Positions 44,469-50,015 of a stretch of DNA of 50,015 bases are shown here, piece after piece. A program made the translations under genes and the position numbers. The notes below the pieces were generated by a model that saw only the letters and a list, made by a program, of their open reading frames with translations, ran no database searches and had not been told where the DNA came from. The stretch is from Polyangiaceae bacterium (GTDB lineage Bacteria; Myxococcota_A; Polyangia; Polyangiales; Polyangiaceae): assembly GCA_044222475.1 (NCBI GenBank), contig JBGANF010000049.1, positions 1 through 50,015 of the forward strand. Reading direction: 5' to 3'. Positions within the stretch are counted from its first letter, which is position 1. The number at the start of each line of letters is the position of its first letter.

Positions 44469-46175
44469 CTACGTTATCTCAGATGTCGACCCACTGCTGA
44501 TGGGAGTGAGCTCGCTCACCGGTGGAGGACCGTCGGCTGACAGCACCAACCGGAACTCCGCGCCGACTCCACCCGGCGGGCGGTGGTACGCGAGCTCTCC
44601 GCCGTGCTCGATCGCGATGCGCTGCGCGATCGCGAGGCCGAGGCCGGTGCCCTTGGCCTTGCTCGTGGCGTAGGGCTCGAAGAGGCGAGGCGCCATCTCG
44701 GGCGAGACACCGGGACCGTCGTCGAGGACCGAGATCGTCGCGCGGTCCTTGTCGGTGAAGTCCACGAGGACCTTGACGGTTCCGGACTTCCGCTCTTCGA
44801 GCGCGTCGATCGCGTTCTGTACCAAGTTGGTAACGACTTGGACGATCTGGTCGCGATCGACCAGGAGATTCCGCGCCTTGCCTCGCGTGTCGAGCGAGAG
44901 GTGAATCCCCTCGGCGTGGGCCTCGTGGAGCGTCACCACCGAGCGGCACAGCTCGACGAGATCGACCTGGGTCGGGCGCGGCGGCGGGAGGCGCGCGAAC
45001 CGCGTGAACTCGGTGACGATGTTGGAGATTCGGTGGACCTCGTCGAGGACGGTGCGCGTGGCCTCGTCGAAGTAGTCGTCGAAGGCCGGGTCGTTGCGCG
45101 CTCGGAGCCGCCGCAGCGTCTCGACTGCCGCGCGGATCGGCGCGAGGGGGTTCTTCACCTCGTGGGCGACCCGGCGGGCGACCTCGCGCCAAGCGGCGAC
45201 GCGGTTCGTCGCCGCGAGCCTGCGTCGCGTGGCGCCGAGATCCTCGAGCATCGTGTTGAACGCGGTACCTAGCTCGGCGACTTCGCCCGATCCGCGGATC
45301 GCGATCGGCTTCGCTTCGCCTCGCGCGACCTTCCGGGCCTCGTCGGCGAGACCGGAAAGCGGCCGCGAGAGGCCGCGGGCCAAGAGCGCTGCGAGGAGCA
45401 TCGCGAACGCGACCGAGACGGCGGACGCGAGGAGGATCGTGCGATCGACCGCGTCGAGGTTCTCGCGCAGCTTGGACGTGTCCTTCGAGACGACGACGCT
45501 GAATTTCCCGCCATGGCCGTCGTTCACCGGGCACGACGCGCGCGCGACCGTCTCGGTGCTCGACGCGTCGACGCCGCGCTCGACGCCGAGGCCCATGGTC
45601 CGACCGACGCGCGCGAGCAACGGATCGATGTGGCGCGCACCGAGCAGACCGACGGCGCGCCCGCGCTCGGCCTTCTGACAGCGCACGACCAAGCTCGGCA
45701 CGTCGGCGAAGATCGACCCTTGGCCGGGCGCCGGACCGACGAAAGCGTCGGGGTGAATCGCGAGCTGCGTCTTCACCGTGCCCGCCGTCACGCCGAGGAG
45801 CGGACGCGGATCCGCCCCGAGGACCTCGCCCCGATCGGTCACGAGCAACAGCTCGTCGAAGTCGAACGCCTGGCGCGACGCCGGGACGAGCGCGGCGATG
45901 GAGACGCGACGTCCGTCGATCTCACCGGCCTCGAGCGCGACGAGGGTGTGATCGACGAGCTCGCCGGCGTCGCACGCGTTCGTGAGAAGCTTCCGGTCCG
46001 AGTCGGCTTGGCGGCGGACTTCGCCCTCGACGCGCCCGCACGCGGTCTCGACCTCGTCACGGAAGCGCGCGGTCTCGCTCGCGCGCCGCTCTTCCCGGAG
46101 CGAGAGCCCGAGGCCGGCGGTCGTCGCCGTGACGAGCAGACCGAACGCGATGACGAAGCGCGGTGCGAGCTTCAC
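44469..46175 (-). CDS. HAMP-domain sensor histidine kinase (NtrY-like)
   Basis: GTG 46175 overlaps the upstream stop; two TM with periplasmic domain; HAMP GEVAELGTAFNTM; AWREVARRVAHEVKNPL; NLVQNA, DDGPG, GTGLGL. Confidence 0.92.
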   Translation of the reverse strand: MKLAPRFVIAFGLLVTATTAGLGLSLREERRASETARFRDEVETACGRVEGEVRRQADSDRKLLTNACDAGELVDHTLVALEAGEIDGRRVSIAALVPASRQAFDFDELLLVTDRGEVLGADPRPLLGVTAGTVKTQLAIHPDAFVGPAPGQGSIFADVPSLVVRCQKAERGRAVGLLGARHIDPLLARVGRTMGLGVERGVDASSTETVARASCPVNDGHGGKFSVVVSKDTSKLRENLDAVDRTILLASAVSVAFAMLLAALLARGLSRPLSGLADEARKVARGEAKPIAIRGSGEVAELGTAFNTMLEDLGATRRRLAATNRVAAWREVARRVAHEVKNPLAPIRAAVETLRRLRARNDPAFDDYFDEATRTVLDEVHRISNIVTEFTRFARLPPPRPTQVDLVELCRSVVTLHEAHAEGIHLSLDTRGKARNLLVDRDQIVQVVTNLVQNAIDALEERKSGTVKVLVDFTDKDRATISVLDDGPGVSPEMAPRLFEPYATSKAKGTGLGLAIAQRIAIEHGGELAYHRPPGGVGAEFRLVLSADGPPPVSELTPISSGSTSEIT

Positions 46176-47515
46176 TTCTTCGCTCGGTAGGCGTTCGCCC
46201 AGTCGAAGGAGCTTCCGGTGGGACTCGGCCCGAGGACCAGATCGGCGATGCGTGCACCTTGCACACGAACGTCGCCGAGGACACCGATGCGCATCGAGCG
46301 CGTCAACGTGCGCGCGGGCACCTCGCCGACGCGCGGCGGGTGGCGGATCGCATCGGACGCGCTCACCGGATCGTCGCTGGTCGCCAGGCCGGCGAGCGCG
46401 CCGAACGTCGCCGGGGCGAGCGCTCGCGCGACGTCGATCATGAGCGAATACGCGCGCGTCCCACGGCGATCGCGGATGTCCCTGATTGGGACGGTCTTCA
46501 CCGTGACCTCGTGACTCGGGCGCGAAAGCGCGGCGGCGACGGATTTCGCGAGCTCGATGAGCCAGGGCGCGTCGTCGCGGACGAGGAGATCGCACGGGTT
46601 GCCACCCCACCCCGTGTCGGGCTGGGTGACCCACCCGGCGCCCAGAGCGAGGTGCGCGAGCTTGGCCGGGGGGATCCCGTCGGCGAGGCGCTGGGCGACG
46701 CCGGGCGCATCCCAGGTGCCCGCGTCCTTTCCAGTCCGCAGCAGCGCGAAGGCGGCAGCGCCGAAGTCGAAGAGACGCGAGCCCGAGCGTGGCTCGTGAA
46801 GCCCAGCGCCGAGCCACCCGAGGTCGTCGGTTCCCGCCTCGAACGATCGGAGCGACGTCGCGAGATCGGGTGCTTCGGTGACCGCGACCTCGTCGAGGAA
46901 CGACGGGCCTCGCGCGGCCCGCGCGTTGCGCAAGAAGCCAGCCGCGCCGCTGCGTTTGTCGTAGCGGAACGCGCCGGTTCCGTCCGGGCGATCGGCGGCG
47001 AACGCGGCGGGAACGATCGCGCAGATCGGGCTCGCGAGCGTGCGCGCGAGCTTTGCCGCGTCGGTGCCGGCGAAGAGCAGTGTCTCCCCGTCGCGTCGCG
47101 GGTTGGGCACGTCCGCGAGCCAACCGCGTGCGCCATCCGCCCGGGCGCGAGAGATCGCGGCGATCACCTCGCGCGCACCGAGCGCGGTCCCCGCCGCCGA
47201 CGTGAGGCCCGGGCGCACGCGGACGCGAAGATCCCCGCCAGCAGCTTCGGGTTCACCATCGGCCAACACGGCGACGGGTCGTCCGCCCTCGCCGTAGGCA
47301 TAGAGTCCGTCGAAGAGGGCTTCGCCGAAGAGCCCGGCGGCGACGTCGTCGATCTTGTGCGGATCGATCGCCCCGAGCGGCCACGGCACGCGAAAGGAAA
47401 TCTTCCCGCCGAGCGGAGTGCGACCTCGCGCACCGGCGCGCGGCGCCAGCGCGAGCGCGGCGGCCGCGATCGCGCCACCGATGGCCGCGCGCCTGCCGAG
47501 TCGCTCAGCGGACAA
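46172..47515 (-). CDS. Family 5 solute-binding-protein-like protein with Tat signal
   Basis: LGRRAAIGG Tat-like signal; IDPH..ALFDGLY..PVAVLA, LASPICAIVP, DGTGAFRY, SFLDEV, typical of the OppA/DppA/SgrR fold. Confidence 0.75.
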   Translation of the reverse strand: MSAERLGRRAAIGGAIAAAALALAPRAGARGRTPLGGKISFRVPWPLGAIDPHKIDDVAAGLFGEALFDGLYAYGEGGRPVAVLADGEPEAAGGDLRVRVRPGLTSAAGTALGAREVIAAISRARADGARGWLADVPNPRRDGETLLFAGTDAAKLARTLASPICAIVPAAFAADRPDGTGAFRYDKRSGAAGFLRNARAARGPSFLDEVAVTEAPDLATSLRSFEAGTDDLGWLGAGLHEPRSGSRLFDFGAAAFALLRTGKDAGTWDAPGVAQRLADGIPPAKLAHLALGAGWVTQPDTGWGGNPCDLLVRDDAPWLIELAKSVAAALSRPSHEVTVKTVPIRDIRDRRGTRAYSLMIDVARALAPATFGALAGLATSDDPVSASDAIRHPPRVGEVPARTLTRSMRIGVLGDVRVQGARIADLVLGPSPTGSSFDWANAYRAKK

Positions 47516-48791
47516 GCCAGACCTCGTTTCCGGTGACGGCGACGAGGGCCGGGATCCCCTTCTCCTCCGGTGGGCACATGGCGAGGGCGCGGACTCCGTT
47601 CGGCGCGGAGAAGCGCCGGCGCTCGCGCACCGCGCCGTCGTCCGACGCGCTCACGATGCGGACCGCGTCGTCGCTCCCGTCGAGACTGGTGACGATCTCG
47701 GGGATGCCGTCCATGTCGAGATCGCCCATGGCGAGCTGAGCTCCTGCACCTTCGAAGAGCACTTTGTCTTCGCCGAGCCGTCGTACCTTCGTGGTACCGA
47801 TGTCGCGAACGACGACGAGATCGTCTTCGGTGCCGTTCGGTTTGATGCGGTGCATCGCGGCCCCGGCGTCGAAGCGCGGAGGCGTCTTCGTCGCGTCCGG
47901 TTTCACCGCCGCCGCGCACGCGACGAGGTTGCCGAAGAACCCGCCGATCTCCGGCTTGGGCAACGCGCATCGACCGCCGAACGGAACTCCGAGGAACCGC
48001 TCGCGGAGAGCGAGCGCACCATCGACCACGGCGCCTCCCCGATCGGTGGTGCTGACGTAGAGTCGACCCGGTCCCTCCAGCCACGCGCCGCCGATGGCCT
48101 CGCGCAGCGGTGCACCGGCGAGCGGCGCGAGCGCCGACCACGGCGCGACCGTCTGAGGCACGAACTGCGCACCGCGGATCCTGCCGATCGCGACTCGGGC
48201 GCGAGACACGAGCACGAGCTCGATCGAGCCGTCGCCGTCGACGTCGCCGCACGTCGCGGCGAGCACCTCGCCCTCCGAGTGTCCGGCCTTGGTGAGCGAC
48301 GCTTGCTCGAGCACGATCGGAGCCAGGAACGTGCGCACCTCGGCGTCGAGCGGTGCTTGGGCGAACGCGTGCGCGCTCGGCGGAGGCGCCGTGAGGCGCA
48401 GTCGATCCCAGCTGTTGCCGAGGACGGGGTAGCGGTCCGCGGTGATGCGAAGCTGCCCCTTCTGGATCTCGATCCCGAGGAAGACGAGGGCCTTGGCTTT
48501 TCCGGCGACCGCGCGCGCGCCGGCGAGCGTCGCGGTCTGCGGGTGAGCGCGCGTCTCACCGCCGATCTTTCCGGCGAGGAGCGACGCGATGCGGAGCGCG
48601 AGGTCTTCGCCTTTGGGTGCCGGGACGTCGCTCACCAGCGGCGAAGCGACGACGAGCGAGCCCTGCGATGCGTCGCCGCCAAGGTCCTTCGCGACGGTCG
48701 GCAGCGCGGTCGCGAATGCGCCCGCGGCCTCGGCGCTCGAGGACGCGAGCGTGAGCAGAGCGCAGCAGAGGGCGACGGCGACGAAACGCAT
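47505..48791 (-). CDS. Secreted FG-GAP/VCBS-repeat protein
   Basis: Signal peptide; GDVDGDGSIELV and GDLDMDGIPEIV Ca-binding blades. Confidence 0.8.
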   Translation of the reverse strand: MRFVAVALCCALLTLASSSAEAAGAFATALPTVAKDLGGDASQGSLVVASPLVSDVPAPKGEDLALRIASLLAGKIGGETRAHPQTATLAGARAVAGKAKALVFLGIEIQKGQLRITADRYPVLGNSWDRLRLTAPPPSAHAFAQAPLDAEVRTFLAPIVLEQASLTKAGHSEGEVLAATCGDVDGDGSIELVLVSRARVAIGRIRGAQFVPQTVAPWSALAPLAGAPLREAIGGAWLEGPGRLYVSTTDRGGAVVDGALALRERFLGVPFGGRCALPKPEIGGFFGNLVACAAAVKPDATKTPPRFDAGAAMHRIKPNGTEDDLVVVRDIGTTKVRRLGEDKVLFEGAGAQLAMGDLDMDGIPEIVTSLDGSDDAVRIVSASDDGAVRERRRFSAPNGVRALAMCPPEEKGIPALVAVTGNEVWLVR

Positions 48792-48897
48792 GGGGCGTAC
48801 GCGGATCTACGACCCGCGCCGTCGGAAGTAAACGCCCGCCGATGTGGGGCGATTCCCGCCTGTTGAACGATCCGTCGAATGGAGGGACTCTCTGTGA

Positions 48898-49902
48898 ATG
48901 AGGGTCACCATCGACAAGCGGGGGTGGGTGGTGCTCGGAGTCCTTGCAGGGGTCGGCGTGCTTGGCGTGGCGGCTTGCGTCGGCGATTCGACGACGCCGC
49001 CGCCAGTCGACGCCGGCATCGACGTGCAGGTGGGTGTCGACGCGGCACCCGACGTCGTCGCCGATACCAGCGTCGATGCGGGCCCCGCGTGCGACAAGAC
49101 GAAGCCGTTCGGGTCGCCGGAGGTCCTCCTCGCTACTCCGAACGTCTCCGAAGACGGCTTCTGGCTCTCGTCCGACCAACGAACGGCGTATGCGTCGATC
49201 AATGGAGCCGATGGCGGCCTTGGGTCTTACGACCTCTTCACGCTGTCTCGCGCTTCGGCGACGGACCCGTGGGGATCGGCGCTCACGCCTCTCAAGCTCA
49301 ACTCCGCGGGGATGGAACGTGGCCCCGTCGTCAGCGAAAACGGCCTCGAACTCTACTTCTACAAGCCCACTACGGTGTACGACCTTTACGTGGCGACGCG
49401 ACCGTCGACGGCGCAAGAGTTCGGAACGCCTGCGGGCTCGCCGCTCAACACAACCGACAGCGAACTGCCGACGTGGATCAGCAAGGATGGCCTCGCGCTG
49501 TACATCCAGTCGAACCGCGCGGGCACGACGGGCGGCGACGACATCTGGAGAGCGCAACGCGGTGACTCGACCTCGCCGTTCGGCGCGCCGGTACTCGTAC
49601 CAGGTGTGAACTCGACCTCCGGCGACGGCTCTGGCGTGCTCTCGAGCGACGAGCTCGAAATCTTCTTCGCCTCCATCCGCCCTGGAGGCAAGGGGTCCCT
49701 CGACATCTATCGAGCGACCCGCTCCACCAAGAACGATGGCTTTGGCACGCCAACCTTGGTGTCGGAGCTCAACAGCAGCAATATCGACTTTCCGGTCTGG
49801 CTGTCCGCCGACGGATGCACCATCCACTTCGCTACGTCCGAGAAGTTCGACGGCGCCAGTTCGACCTCCTACGACGTCTATCGCGCGACGCGGCCGAAGT
49901 GA
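48898..49902 (+). CDS. PD40 (TolB-like WD40) repeat lipoprotein
   Basis: Lipobox VAAC; repeats WLSSDQRTAY, VSENGLELYF, WISKDGLALYIQSNR, LSSDELEIFFASIR, WLSADGCTIHF. Confidence 0.87.
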   Translation: MRVTIDKRGWVVLGVLAGVGVLGVAACVGDSTTPPPVDAGIDVQVGVDAAPDVVADTSVDAGPACDKTKPFGSPEVLLATPNVSEDGFWLSSDQRTAYASINGADGGLGSYDLFTLSRASATDPWGSALTPLKLNSAGMERGPVVSENGLELYFYKPTTVYDLYVATRPSTAQEFGTPAGSPLNTTDSELPTWISKDGLALYIQSNRAGTTGGDDIWRAQRGDSTSPFGAPVLVPGVNSTSGDGSGVLSSDELEIFFASIRPGGKGSLDIYRATRSTKNDGFGTPTLVSELNSSNIDFPVWLSADGCTIHFATSEKFDGASSTSYDVYRATRPK

Positions 49903-49943
49903 GCCGAGTTGACCCTCATCTGGACGCGCTGTATGTCTAACGT

Positions 49944-50015
49944 ATGGCACCGCGACTGACAACGACGGTTCGGCTCAGCGGCGCAGACGCCGAAGCGCTC
50001 GCCCGGGCCAAGGCC
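49944..50015 (+). CDS. Partial ribbon-helix-helix (CopG-like) protein, truncated by window end
   Basis: MAPRLTTTVRLSGADAEALARAKA, a beta-strand TTVRL then helix; TTGACC-N17-TATGTC ends 6 nt before the ATG. Confidence 0.5.
   Translation, partial: MAPRLTTTVRLSGADAEALARAKA

Noticed and set aside
44460..44520. preQ1 riboswitch ahead of yhhQ
   Set aside because: Only 9 bp separate yhhQ from the kinase stop, and no preQ1-like stem with A-rich tail is visible.
1..50015. Many long overlapping ORFs on alternative frames or strands (e.g. 19160..22447+, 6478..8817+, 13847..15889+, 962..2731-)
   Set aside because: Arg/Ala/Gly-rich shadow ORFs expected in very GC-rich DNA opposite real genes; no recognisable motifs.

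Overview
Gene-dense, very GC-rich bacterial chromosomal window. By inference it is from a myxobacterium (Polyangiales-like), given the many DAG-linker and Cys-rich lipoproteins, a Ser/Thr kinase with a PEGA-like tail and a Uma2 nuclease. Contents from left to right: a Cys-rich lipoprotein gene broken by an in-frame TAA; a CzcCBA-type heavy-metal RND operon; a phospholipase D lipoprotein; a two-component system (minimal-sensor HK plus LuxR-HTH regulator); a kelch lipoprotein/TonB/porin/membrane protein cluster; a second RND pump; a Ser/Thr kinase; a nested REP/REPIN-like element; a PPIase-HupE/UreJ-DUF3604 operon; an esterase; glutaryl-CoA dehydrogenase; a 5.5 kb accessory patch (GNAT, Zn-finger and membrane hypotheticals, Uma2, ParB-like, lytic transglycosylase, DUF559 nuclease); trmL; an OM beta-barrel with a c-type cytochrome; phhB-rnc; a PpiC foldase; an FG-GAP/SBP-like/HK/yhhQ/zincin-fusion operon; a PD40 lipoprotein; and the start of an RHH protein. 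Four unexplained signals stand out. (1) One 7-2-7 palindrome sits 43.5 bp upstream of both the czc operon and the HK-RR operon, implying a non-canonical regulon. (2) The DUF559 nuclease start codon is buried in a 140-nt hairpin within a highly structured 330-nt upstream region. (3) A T4-baseplate-chaperone-like Zn domain appears fused to a minimal zincin with a membrane anchor. (4) Many genes have -10 boxes 6-9 nt from the start codon, suggesting leaderless transcription. No rRNA, tRNA, CRISPR array or transposase was seen. All family calls are from motif recognition by eye, not database searches.
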